DNA of 64,000 bases from Candidatus Nanohaloarchaea archaeon (GTDB lineage: Archaea > Nanohalarchaeota > Nanosalinia > Nanosalinales > Nanosalinaceae), in contig CP046106.1 of NCBI GenBank assembly GCA_013343275.1, positions 800,001 through 864,000 of the forward strand, written 5' to 3'. A program made the position numbers and the translations under genes. The notes beneath the pieces are model-generated. The model saw only the letters and a list, made by a program, of their open reading frames with translations, made no database searches and had not been told where the DNA came from. This document shows, piece by piece, positions 46,946 to 55,847 of this stretch (position 1 is the first letter of the stretch; each line of letters opens with the position of its first letter).

Positions 46946-49120
46946 TTGGATAAACAGGAGAAACAGGACAAGATAAACGATATACTGGAAGACCTGGACA
47001 GAGATGTCAGTATGCCTCCCTACGATAACCAGGATGGAGGCCAGGGTTACTCCCGTTCCTACAAGGAGTACAAGGAGGAAGAGGAGAGCTCAAGGGAGCG
47101 CAACAGCTACGAGAAGCTCTGCTACGAGATGGCCAACGTCTTCAATATGAAGGCTGGGGAGAAGACTCATGAGAAGCTTACACCTCCGATCAATCTTCTT
47201 GGATGGGATATAACTCCCGGAATGGTTATGTCGGCCACTGTCGGCGTCTTTGTTCTCTCATTTATGTCCTGGATGAGCCTGTTCCTGGTGAATACACTGC
47301 TCCTCGGCAATCTTATTCCTGTCTCGATCATGATGATAATTCTCTCAGCGCCGATAATGGCCTCGGTATACACCTACTACAAGCCGAAATATGCTGCGCA
47401 GTCAAAATTAATCGAGAGCAGCGGAGAAATGATACTGGCCATACTCTACATGGTAGTATACATGAGAAGCTCTCCAAACCTGGAGGGAGCAGTCAGGTTC
47501 GCAGCTCTCAACCTAGAAGGCCCTATTTCCGACGACCTGAAAGGAGTACTCTGGGACCTGGAGATCGGAAAGTACAACAAGATAGATGAGGCCCTCGAAA
47601 ACTATACTCGCAGATGGAAGGATTACAATGATGACTTCCTGGAGTCGCTGAATCTTCTTCGTTCTGCTATGAATCAGCCGGATCCTGATCGGCGGGAGTC
47701 TATGCTTCAGGACTCAATCGACAATATCCTGGATGGAACACAGGAGAAGATGAAACACTATGCACAGAATCTGGAGACTCCTGTCATGATCCTGAACGCA
47801 ATGGGCGCTATGCTACCGGTGCTCGGCATGATAATGCTCCCGCTTATCTCTGTATTCATGGGAGATGCCATCACACCTATGCACCTTTTCCTACTGTTCA
47901 ATGTTTTACTACCTACGTTTCTCTACTGGTTCATGAAAAGAGTGCTCAGCTCCAGACCGCCAACAGTCGCTACAAATCCTGTAGACGACTCTATACTCCC
48001 TGACAGAGGCAAATATACGTTAAATCTTCTGGGTAGAGACTTCAGAATACCTGTCTGGCCTGTAGGAGTAATACTTTTCTTCTTTTTCGGCCTATACGGC
48101 ATAGTCGGATACCTTTCCACAGCAAGCGCTGGCCAGGGCTTCTTCCTGCTCTACCCTGCCGCTACCAATATAGATCCTTCACTAGTGCCTTCTATATATC
48201 TACAACCTGATGGCTCTCTTGCACCTCTACCAATGCTTATGAGAAGCGTGTCGATAGTGTTCGGCCTTGGAGTAGGTATAGGCTCTGTAAAAGTACTTGG
48301 CAATATCGAACGGAAAAAAGCAGAGGAGAGACTATCAAAAATAGAGGAACAGTTCCCTAACGCACTCTTCGAACTAGGAAACAAGATATCAGGAGGAACG
48401 CCTGTAGAGATCGCACTGGAAGACGCCGCAGAAGCAACATCTGAACTCGAAATATCCAATCTATTCGGAAAGGCCTCGGAAAACGTCAAAGACATGGGAA
48501 TGACATTCGAACAGGCCGTAATGGATGATCAGTATGGCGCGCTGAGGCAGTTCCCTAGCCAGATGATCAGAACAGTAATGCAGGCCATCATACAGTCCTC
48601 AAAGAAAGGGACCAATATGGCCTCTACAGCAATGCTTACAATATCAAAATACCTTAAGAACATACACAAGACACAGGAGCAACTTAACGATCTGATGGAG
48701 GATACTACAACAACTATTCAGATGCTGGCCTACCTGCTCGCGCCGGTAGTATCGGGAGTGGCGGTGGGAATGTCACAGACCATCATAACGGCCATGTCCA
48801 CTCTTTCAAAATCGGTGAAACAGTCGCAGGTTGGCAATCAGCCAGGAACAGCTTCGGGCCTTGGAGGAGTTATATCCGGTTTTGAATCTGCGATACCGCC
48901 AGAACTTCTTCAGTTCGTGGTAGGACTCTACCTGATTCAGTTGCTTTTCATACTGGGAAGCTTCTTCACCAAGATCAAGAAGGGAGAGGACCCGACCTAC
49001 AAGAACCTGTTTATAGGCAAAATAATGATCTCAGGCATGTTCTTCTACGCCATGACCTTGATAATAGTAGGAATGCTATTCGGAGGCATGGTAGGATCAG
49101 TAACACAGGTGGCAGCATAG
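46946..49120 (+). CDS. Type IV pilus membrane platform protein (TadB/C, FlaJ-like)
   Basis: Polytopic with two T2SSF-like cytoplasmic domains (NLEGAV.FAA; FP.ALF.LGN....G.P.E.A); follows the ATPase. Confidence 0.85.
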   Translation: MDKQEKQDKINDILEDLDRDVSMPPYDNQDGGQGYSRSYKEYKEEEESSRERNSYEKLCYEMANVFNMKAGEKTHEKLTPPINLLGWDITPGMVMSATVGVFVLSFMSWMSLFLVNTLLLGNLIPVSIMMIILSAPIMASVYTYYKPKYAAQSKLIESSGEMILAILYMVVYMRSSPNLEGAVRFAALNLEGPISDDLKGVLWDLEIGKYNKIDEALENYTRRWKDYNDDFLESLNLLRSAMNQPDPDRRESMLQDSIDNILDGTQEKMKHYAQNLETPVMILNAMGAMLPVLGMIMLPLISVFMGDAITPMHLFLLFNVLLPTFLYWFMKRVLSSRPPTVATNPVDDSILPDRGKYTLNLLGRDFRIPVWPVGVILFFFFGLYGIVGYLSTASAGQGFFLLYPAATNIDPSLVPSIYLQPDGSLAPLPMLMRSVSIVFGLGVGIGSVKVLGNIERKKAEERLSKIEEQFPNALFELGNKISGGTPVEIALEDAAEATSELEISNLFGKASENVKDMGMTFEQAVMDDQYGALRQFPSQMIRTVMQAIIQSSKKGTNMASTAMLTISKYLKNIHKTQEQLNDLMEDTTTTIQMLAYLLAPVVSGVAVGMSQTIITAMSTLSKSVKQSQVGNQPGTASGLGGVISGFESAIPPELLQFVVGLYLIQLLFILGSFFTKIKKGEDPTYKNLFIGKIMISGMFFYAMTLIIVGMLFGGMVGSVTQVAA

Positions 49121-49122
49121 AG

Positions 49123-49260
49123 ATGAAGAGGAAAGGGAATATGCCAACCAAAGAAATAGCGCTCCTAGGCCTTACAGTTATTGCAGCGGCGGCAATAATT
49201 GCGGTACTGCAGCAGGGTACAGATCACATCGTCTCATCGATAGTCGAAAAATTACTATAA
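49123..49260 (+). CDS. 45-aa pilin-like protein (not in the ORF track)
   Basis: MKRKG|NMPTKEIALLGLTVIAAAAII, a class III signal-like N-terminus. Confidence 0.7.
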   Translation: MKRKGNMPTKEIALLGLTVIAAAAIIAVLQQGTDHIVSSIVEKLL

Positions 49261-49283
49261 ACAAGCGTAACCCACAGTAAACC

Positions 49284-49502
49284 ATGAAGCTAACATCCAA
49301 AATCCTCACAAACAGAAAAGCAATGGGCTGGAGCATGAGAGTAATAATGGCTCTATTCCTGGCAATAGCATTTGGAGCACTGATAATGCCATACCTTCTA
49401 CCGGCAATATTCGGCGCAGAATCAACAACCAGCTGTCAGGCGCCATACATGCAGGCGATAGCCAGCGTAGTCTCCGACGCAACAGGTAGCTCGCCATGCT
49501 GA
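49284..49502 (+). CDS. Pilin-like protein
   Basis: RKA|MGW followed by a hydrophobic helix; Cys pair. Confidence 0.75.
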   Translation: MKLTSKILTNRKAMGWSMRVIMALFLAIAFGALIMPYLLPAIFGAESTTSCQAPYMQAIASVVSDATGSSPC

Positions 49503-50995
49503 GAAAAGGAGCACTGGAATCAGGTCTGGGAGAAATACTTCTAACAGTACTCGTAGCAGCAGTAATATCCGGAGCAATGTTCGGCCCACTAGGAGCAAAG
49601 GTGGGTCAAGGATTCAAAGAAGCAGAGAAATTCACCGATGTCACAACAACAGTAACTGTAGATGATAAGGAAACACTTGGAGATCTCTCACAGTACGTCT
49701 TCTGGAGGGCCTGGGGATGTGAACATGTAAACTCTGAGACATTTTCAGGCCTTTCTGAAACGCCTTTGGGAGCCAATCCTCCCTGTGCTGGTGCAGGAGG
49801 AACTCTGGCTTCTGATGTTAACAATCTTTACGCTAATACGGGGAATGATATGGAAGGCAAGTTCAGCAGAGTTAACTTTGTAATAAATGATACTATCTAT
49901 CTGAAGACTGGCCTAGGTTTTGGACCGGATGGTAAATCAGCTACACTTCTTGGGGTTTCTACAGGGGATAGATTTGGAAAATCAGGTTACTCTGACTGGA
50001 TATGGTCGGGCTGCGCCAAATATCAACCTGGAGTAAATGATGACTGGGGAAACAGTTGGGAGTCAAAGGGCCCTCCTTATAGCTTCTACACCCTTTTCTT
50101 CAAGAATGGAGGAGGATCTGAGAGAATACAGAAGATAGGTTCGGGTAAGACAATAGAAGATCGCTATGATGACAATGGAAATAATGACCCTATTTACTGT
50201 GATGAATGGAATGACGGGCCATGGCTAACAAAGCCTTCCAGTAATACAGGTAATCCTAAAGATCATGAAGATACCGGAGGTAACTACGTCAAGGTAAAGC
50301 TCTGTCCGGGAGATAAAGGTTATATTGAGACCCGGAAGGGTTATCCTAACATAGCTGGGGAATATGGTCATAGAACCGCCACTGTAAACAACGGCAATCT
50401 CTATGGGATGATACAGATTACAAGTATGAACAGCAGTTGTGCTATGACTTCAGAGGACGTCGAGGAGGCCACTACTCCTCTTAATCCTATGCCTGATCAA
50501 TGGCCTGCCGAATCTGCCTATACACAGAATCCTGCCAATGTGGACTACCATCCGGAAGGCAGTTACCAGCCTATAATTTGGAATTTCGGCGAAGGAGCGA
50601 AGAGTGTAAACATCTCTATGACGTTTGATGAACTGGCAAGGACAAGAATACAGATTACAGGCAATAAATATATAGAGTTCAGTCCGGATGGAGACGGAAA
50701 GCTAGGGCTAAGTTGTTTCCCACACTGTAATAACTTTGCAGATGATATCTGGGTTGATACAGGAGAGTCAGAAATGGATGACTACGGCTTTACAGGCGTC
50801 ACTGTAGAAGAAAACAAACAATACAGCGTTGTGTTGACCGAAAGTGATCTCGGGGATACAATATGGGAAGTTTATGAGGAAGGAGAAAAAGTGTACGAAT
50901 TAAGCGGATATAATAACTGGGGATATGAGGAGATACGCTTGATGAACTACGAAAGCAGCCCTGAAATGACTTTTGATGTAAACAAGGAGGACTAG
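49496..50995 (+). CDS. Large pilin-like protein, putative adhesin
   Basis: RKG|ALES followed by a hydrophobic helix; Cys/Trp/Gly-rich ectodomain. Confidence 0.75.
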   Translation: MLRKGALESGLGEILLTVLVAAVISGAMFGPLGAKVGQGFKEAEKFTDVTTTVTVDDKETLGDLSQYVFWRAWGCEHVNSETFSGLSETPLGANPPCAGAGGTLASDVNNLYANTGNDMEGKFSRVNFVINDTIYLKTGLGFGPDGKSATLLGVSTGDRFGKSGYSDWIWSGCAKYQPGVNDDWGNSWESKGPPYSFYTLFFKNGGGSERIQKIGSGKTIEDRYDDNGNNDPIYCDEWNDGPWLTKPSSNTGNPKDHEDTGGNYVKVKLCPGDKGYIETRKGYPNIAGEYGHRTATVNNGNLYGMIQITSMNSSCAMTSEDVEEATTPLNPMPDQWPAESAYTQNPANVDYHPEGSYQPIIWNFGEGAKSVNISMTFDELARTRIQITGNKYIEFSPDGDGKLGLSCFPHCNNFADDIWVDTGESEMDDYGFTGVTVEENKQYSVVLTESDLGDTIWEVYEEGEKVYELSGYNNWGYEEIRLMNYESSPEMTFDVNKED

Positions 50996-50998
50996 AAA

Positions 50999-51139
50999 AT
51001 GGAAGTATCTATCAAAACCGTGGCCATGCTTGTACTGGCTATAATGATTGTTTCGCTGATATTCATGGGTTTCTCAGGGTGGTTCAATAATATGGCAGGT
51101 AACTTCGCTGGAAACGTAACTTACCCGACCACTCCTTAG
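50999..51139 (+). CDS. 46-aa pilin-like protein with no basic leader (not in the ORF track)
   Basis: MEVSIKTVAMLVLAIMIVSLIFMGFSGWF.. Confidence 0.6.
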   Translation: MEVSIKTVAMLVLAIMIVSLIFMGFSGWFNNMAGNFAGNVTYPTTP

Positions 51140-51172
51140 CTTATTTTAACAGGGCCTGCAAAATACTCTACT

Positions 51173-51373
51173 GTGAACTCTCGGAAAGGTTTCGATATAT
51201 CGCTGACCATTATCATTGCTTTCCTGATAGTAATAGTTCTAGTCGCTACTCTGGGAGCTATCACAAACAGTTACACGGGTAAATTTCTGAATTTCGGTAA
51301 TAATGCTACTAATACCTCCCTGGTTAAATCTGTAGGACTTATAGGGGGTGCCCTGCTTGAACGTAGCAACTAA
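51173..51373 (+). CDS. Pilin-like protein
   Basis: RKG|FDIS followed by a hydrophobic helix. Confidence 0.75.
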   Translation: MNSRKGFDISLTIIIAFLIVIVLVATLGAITNSYTGKFLNFGNNATNTSLVKSVGLIGGALLERSN

Positions 51374-51596
51374 AGTAGTAGGAGCTTTAGTTCTTGTTGT
51401 AATACTTATTTCTGCTCTCTTTGGCATAGCTAATCACATAATAAAGGATAGCGGGCAGAAAGGAGTTGAAGCGGGGAACAAAAAGACGGGGCTTTTAGGC
51501 TGTGTTTCTAGGAATGCGCATAGGGAGAACCCTCGCCAGTGGTGTAAACAGAATACGAATTTCGCAGGGCAAGGTGATGAAACTGTCTCGGCGTAG
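51357..51596 (+). CDS. Pilin-like protein with no basic leader
   Basis: N-terminal hydrophobic helix, Cys pair; TTG start after GGGGTG. Confidence 0.6.
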   Translation: MNVATKVVGALVLVVILISALFGIANHIIKDSGQKGVEAGNKKTGLLGCVSRNAHRENPRQWCKQNTNFAGQGDETVSA

Positions 51597-52068
51597 AGGT
51601 TTTACGGAGTTTGCTACTGTTATGGTTCTGATTTCTCTAGTAGGTACTACGGCCTTGCTAAGCGTCGGTGTAGGAGGATTCAAGGATGTCCTGGGTGTAG
51701 CTTCTGATGGTAACGACGCAGGTAAAATCCAGAACAAGTTCTATGTCCCGGTAAGAAATGTCTGCGTACAGGGCACCAATGCTGATGACCGTGTGAGGAC
51801 ATTTACACTGTCCAACAAGATCAATGTAACTCTTATATCAGAAGAGAGGGATCCTGTGAAGGATCAAAGCGTCAGGGCCACTCTAGTGGAGGAAAGCGTA
51901 CAGCTTCTTCAGACAGATAAGATAACTGATTGCGTTATAAAGTTCAAAAATGGGCCTGAAACCTACCAGGTTTTCAAAAAGGAACAGCCTTACGAAGTAA
52001 CTGTCAAGAACATGGGAGAAGCTGGAGGAGGAAAACCTGCTACCCGTATAATAGTAGAGGAGAGATAG
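51577..52068 (+). CDS. Pilin-like protein
   Basis: MKLSRRRG|FTEF followed by a hydrophobic helix. Confidence 0.75.
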   Translation: MKLSRRRGFTEFATVMVLISLVGTTALLSVGVGGFKDVLGVASDGNDAGKIQNKFYVPVRNVCVQGTNADDRVRTFTLSNKINVTLISEERDPVKDQSVRATLVEESVQLLQTDKITDCVIKFKNGPETYQVFKKEQPYEVTVKNMGEAGGGKPATRIIVEER

Positions 52069-52070
52069 TA

Positions 52071-52496
52071 ATGCGTAGAAAAGGGATATCGGGCGTTGTT
52101 ATAATGGCTGTAGTGTCCTTGTTTGGCCTAGGGATTATAATTGGGGTAACTCAAGGTTCTGCAGGAGGGACGCTTGATTTCGTAAAGGCTCAATCAGTGA
52201 ATCTACAGGCTGAGAGGGTTACAAATGCCATGCTGATAATGGAGACAGTTCCTGAAGGCTATGTCCAACTGAAGCTGGATGAATATCAGATAAGGTACGA
52301 TGAGAACGACAGGAATCTCAGCCTTAACTATTCGGGCAAGGTAGGATCGAATGTTGTTAAGCCCTACATGACCAGCTACGATCAGGTAATAGCACCTTCG
52401 ACATTCCAACCTATTAACGGTAGCTTGTGTATTAGAAAAGAGCACAGGAGCGGTCAATCAGTGCTTATACTCAATAGAACAGGGTGTAGCAGCTAA
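52071..52496 (+). CDS. Pilin-like protein
   Basis: MRRKG|ISG followed by a hydrophobic helix. Confidence 0.75.
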   Translation: MRRKGISGVVIMAVVSLFGLGIIIGVTQGSAGGTLDFVKAQSVNLQAERVTNAMLIMETVPEGYVQLKLDEYQIRYDENDRNLSLNYSGKVGSNVVKPYMTSYDQVIAPSTFQPINGSLCIRKEHRSGQSVLILNRTGCSS

Positions 52497-53101
52497 TGCC
52501 GGAAGAATCCCAGTCGATACTCTATATAGGATATGTCATCTTGCTTTTCCTGGGCCTTATGCTGCTACTAAGCTTCTTTCTCTCTGGCCTAACTAGTATA
52601 GAGGCAAATATTGAACAGACACATCAAAAAGAGTACAGAAAGGCTATAGTGTTGGAGAATCTACTATCTCTGGATGCAGACACTGAATCGCTGTATGGTT
52701 ACAGCTATACGCATCGAAGAAGCGTTATACCGGTGGAGTTCTTCACCAACTATAACCCTGACTCAGGGGAAATAGGTTACAGGGTACAGGGCCGTGCTAC
52801 AAGAGGCCACTGCTATATTCCTCGTGTGGAAGGCCTGGACGGCCAGCATTTTGCCTTCGGGATAGATCCTCTGGTTAATGAGGCACTGAACGCAACAGGA
52901 GATCCGATGGGCCAGCCAAATGTAGACTTCAAGTCAGTTGTCCAGAACTCGACTTCGGGAGCCTACAGAGCCTGTACAATGATGCATCCTGTGATCAGGC
53001 AGAGGGCCGTAGTTTCAACAGCTATGCTTGTAAGAGAGGATAAAAACCATTCAATGCTTCCAGTGAGGTTGTATGTCTATGATCCATACCCGACACGATA
53101 A
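52496..53101 (+). CDS. Minor-pilin-like membrane-anchored protein
   Basis: Single N-terminal TM; TAATG coupling inside the pilin run. Confidence 0.65.
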   Translation: MPEESQSILYIGYVILLFLGLMLLLSFFLSGLTSIEANIEQTHQKEYRKAIVLENLLSLDADTESLYGYSYTHRRSVIPVEFFTNYNPDSGEIGYRVQGRATRGHCYIPRVEGLDGQHFAFGIDPLVNEALNATGDPMGQPNVDFKSVVQNSTSGAYRACTMMHPVIRQRAVVSTAMLVREDKNHSMLPVRLYVYDPYPTR

Positions 53102-53633
53102 AGGCCTGGCAGAAATGATAGGTTTTGTGGTAATCTTCATGATAGTTGTAATGATGGCTATCTACTTCTTCTCGCTCAATGCTATAGCTGGAAATAGTCA
53201 GAGCGTTAGTCAGGATGTGGATGTAGCTTACAGTGCGGATAATATCAGGTTGAGGTCTTCTGTCACTAGACTGATGATTGGAAAACTCTGGAGGTCAGAG
53301 GATGTAAACTATGGAGAGTATGGGGATCAGAAGGCCTACAATGTGATCTCCAAGTTCCTGTCGTCGGAGCCGGGCGAAAAAATATGGCTTAACGGAACCT
53401 CGGTCGACTACTCTGATGCAAAAACTGATATCCGGAGCTACCTGAAAACAACTATGGACAGCAGTTATGGAAACAAGCCTTACAGAGTCACTCTGCGAGA
53501 TACGAATGGGCTAGTCGTCTCAGTAGGAGATGTATCAAGTACTAATCGTGTAAGCTATCCGATAGCTCTGCAGAGCGGCCAGGGAAGAATAACAATCTAT
53601 GTCGAGGGAGGTGATACGCTCTATGTTCGATAG
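53073..53633 (+). CDS. Pilin-like protein
   Basis: DKG|LAEM followed by a hydrophobic helix. Confidence 0.7.
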   Translation: MSMIHTRHDKGLAEMIGFVVIFMIVVMMAIYFFSLNAIAGNSQSVSQDVDVAYSADNIRLRSSVTRLMIGKLWRSEDVNYGEYGDQKAYNVISKFLSSEPGEKIWLNGTSVDYSDAKTDIRSYLKTTMDSSYGNKPYRVTLRDTNGLVVSVGDVSSTNRVSYPIALQSGQGRITIYVEGGDTLYVR

Positions 53634-54738
53634 ATACAGCAAGGGAGAGCCATCTCCGCTTATGCTGGCCTTAGGCCTCTTCATAATGGCTGTAATCTTT
53701 GGGACAATGTCCTTCCCAATACAGAACTTCTTCTCAACACAGCTAGATACCTCTGTAGAGGACCTAGATAGAGTTGCGGATGCTAAATCCTACGCACAGC
53801 TCTACTTCTACAACTACGTTCCAACCGCGGCAACATACTCAACTTACCAGAACTCCTACCAAATGGCCAAGGAAGGCGGAGGGAAGACTATAGAGTGGAG
53901 TTCCAGCATATATACAGACTCGGGCCTGCCAGACTACGCCTATATTCCGGGCGGAGGCTGTGGTAGCTACGAAATAATAGGAGAGATCAGGTGTGAACTT
54001 GGAGAGAATGTAACGGATGACCTGCAGGAAAACTATCTGTCTCAGGTAAGCGAAGGCCGGTGTGGTCGACCCCGATACAATCTCGACATCTACTTCAGCC
54101 AGAAAAACTACTCCCTATCCGGAGGTGCGTTCGCACTTTCACCGATTAAAGCTAACTGTAGCTTCCCTGATGGTAAAGTAATGTACAAGGCCAACAACTC
54201 TTACCTCAGCCTGGACTTTGAGGTCTCTGGCGACAGGTATCTCAGAATGGCTCGTGAATCTAAGAGGATAACCAAGGGTCTCTACCAGGAGTGGAGTAGC
54301 ATATCTGATTCATACTCCGGTACAGAGACGGCCTGTGGATACAAAGATTACTCTACGGCTGAGCAGGAGGCAGTAAACGACGCTGAACAGGCCGTAAGGC
54401 AGGCCTTCAATAATGCGCCTCAGAGCTCAGATATATCTCATGTAACGGTTGAAACCTTTGAGATTCTAGGCCCTTCCGACAGTTTCACTGAAGGAGAGAC
54501 TACGGAGATTTTCAAAGGTTCGGACTCTCAGTCCTATGATGCCTTGGGAGATTGTGGCTGTGATGAGGATGGCGATAACTGTGAGACAGAGTATGAGGCC
54601 AAAGTAAATGTAACTCTGGAGAAGACCAATGTTAAACTTGTTTTGAAGGACAGGTTCTCGAAGATTCCGGTTGATTCCGGTAAGAGGTACATGGAGTTTG
54701 TGGTGGATAACTACACTCACTACTACCAGCGGGACTAG
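53623..54738 (+). CDS. Large pilin-like Cys-rich protein
   Basis: SKG|EPSP followed by a hydrophobic helix; SD GGAGGTGA before ATG at 53623. Confidence 0.7.
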   Translation: MFDRYSKGEPSPLMLALGLFIMAVIFGTMSFPIQNFFSTQLDTSVEDLDRVADAKSYAQLYFYNYVPTAATYSTYQNSYQMAKEGGGKTIEWSSSIYTDSGLPDYAYIPGGGCGSYEIIGEIRCELGENVTDDLQENYLSQVSEGRCGRPRYNLDIYFSQKNYSLSGGAFALSPIKANCSFPDGKVMYKANNSYLSLDFEVSGDRYLRMARESKRITKGLYQEWSSISDSYSGTETACGYKDYSTAEQEAVNDAEQAVRQAFNNAPQSSDISHVTVETFEILGPSDSFTEGETTEIFKGSDSQSYDALGDCGCDEDGDNCETEYEAKVNVTLEKTNVKLVLKDRFSKIPVDSGKRYMEFVVDNYTHYYQRD

Positions 54739-54792
54739 GACGGGTTCAATTTATATTTTTCATCACGTAAAACAGTGATAGGTGATTTACTA

Positions 54793-55089
54793 GTGCCAGA
54801 AGAACAAGAAGATCAAGGAGACGACAACACAGTATACGTGGGATCTAAGCCTGCAATGAGTTACGTACTAGCAGTTGTAACTCAGTTCAGTGAAGGACAC
54901 GAAACAGTACATGTCAAAGCACGAGGTAAGGCAATCAGCCGAGCAGTAGACGTTGCAGAAATCGTAAGAGACAGATTTGTAGAAGATGCAGAGATTGAAG
55001 ATATCTCAATCGGTACAGACGAGATAGAAACAGATGAAGGAGACGAGCTTAACGTCTCAAGCATCCAGATCGACCTACTGCAGCCTTAA
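54793..55089 (+). CDS. albA: DNA/RNA-binding protein Alba
   Basis: [37 protein letters not shown]. Confidence 0.95.
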   Translation: MPEEQEDQGDDNTVYVGSKPAMSYVLAVVTQFSEGHETVHVKARGKAISRAVDVAEIVRDRFVEDAEIEDISIGTDEIETDEGDELNVSSIQIDLLQP

Positions 55090-55173
55090 AACAATGTACT
55101 GTACCTCTTTTCTTTCTATTACTTCCCTGTTTCTTCAAAGTATTTTTATACAGGCCTAACCAAAAACTCATGT

Positions 55174-55527
55174 ATGAAACGTAAAGGCCTTTCACAGGTT
55201 CTATGGCTAATAATTGCAGCAGCAGTACTAATGATGGTCTCAATGGCCCTCACATTCACAACACAGGGAACACTAGGAAACTTCGCTCAGAGCACGGATG
55301 CGAACGCATGCCGAAATACCCTCAGCAACAAGGTAGCAGCACAGACACAAGGAGATATCTTCATGGCTCCAAGAAGCTGCTACTCTGATGACGGCAACCC
55401 TGTAGCCTATCAAGGTAAACTCGCTAACGACGACGGCACTAACAACAGAGAATGTCTTCAGAAGACATCTACTGGTTGGGAGAGTATAGGAGAGGCCTCC
55501 ACTGAAAGCGGTTGCCCAGCACCATAG
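55174..55527 (+). CDS. Pilin (candidate major pilin)
   Basis: MKRKG|LSQVLWLIIAAAVL; 4 Cys; TTTTTATA about 25-30 nt upstream. Confidence 0.78.
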   Translation: MKRKGLSQVLWLIIAAAVLMMVSMALTFTTQGTLGNFAQSTDANACRNTLSNKVAAQTQGDIFMAPRSCYSDDGNPVAYQGKLANDDGTNNRECLQKTSTGWESIGEASTESGCPAP

Positions 55528-55539
55528 GAGTGATTAATA

Positions 55540-55839
55540 ATGGATAAACTGCTGGAGATAGTGATGGCCGCAGTAGTTATATCAGTGACAGGCCTAGCAG
55601 TGCTTTTCGCTCTTAATAGCCAGAGCGGTAGCTTTATGAATTTTCTAGACAGTCAATCCCAAGATGCAAGGTGTGATATGCTCAAAGATAAGTACGATAG
55701 AGCAGCTGAGAACGAAAATGTGGATAGGTATACTGAAATTAATCAGAAAGCTAGTAATATGGGATGTGAATGGGCAACTGGAGGCGGAGGTAGCCCATCT
55801 CTGCCTACAGGTGGCGGGCCGGCGCCGGCAACACCGTAG
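55540..55839 (+). CDS. Pilin-like protein with no basic leader
   Basis: MDKLLEIVMAAVVI.. helix, Cys pair. Confidence 0.62.
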   Translation: MDKLLEIVMAAVVISVTGLAVLFALNSQSGSFMNFLDSQSQDARCDMLKDKYDRAAENENVDRYTEINQKASNMGCEWATGGGGSPSLPTGGGPAPATP

Positions 55840-55847
55840 TTGTTTGA

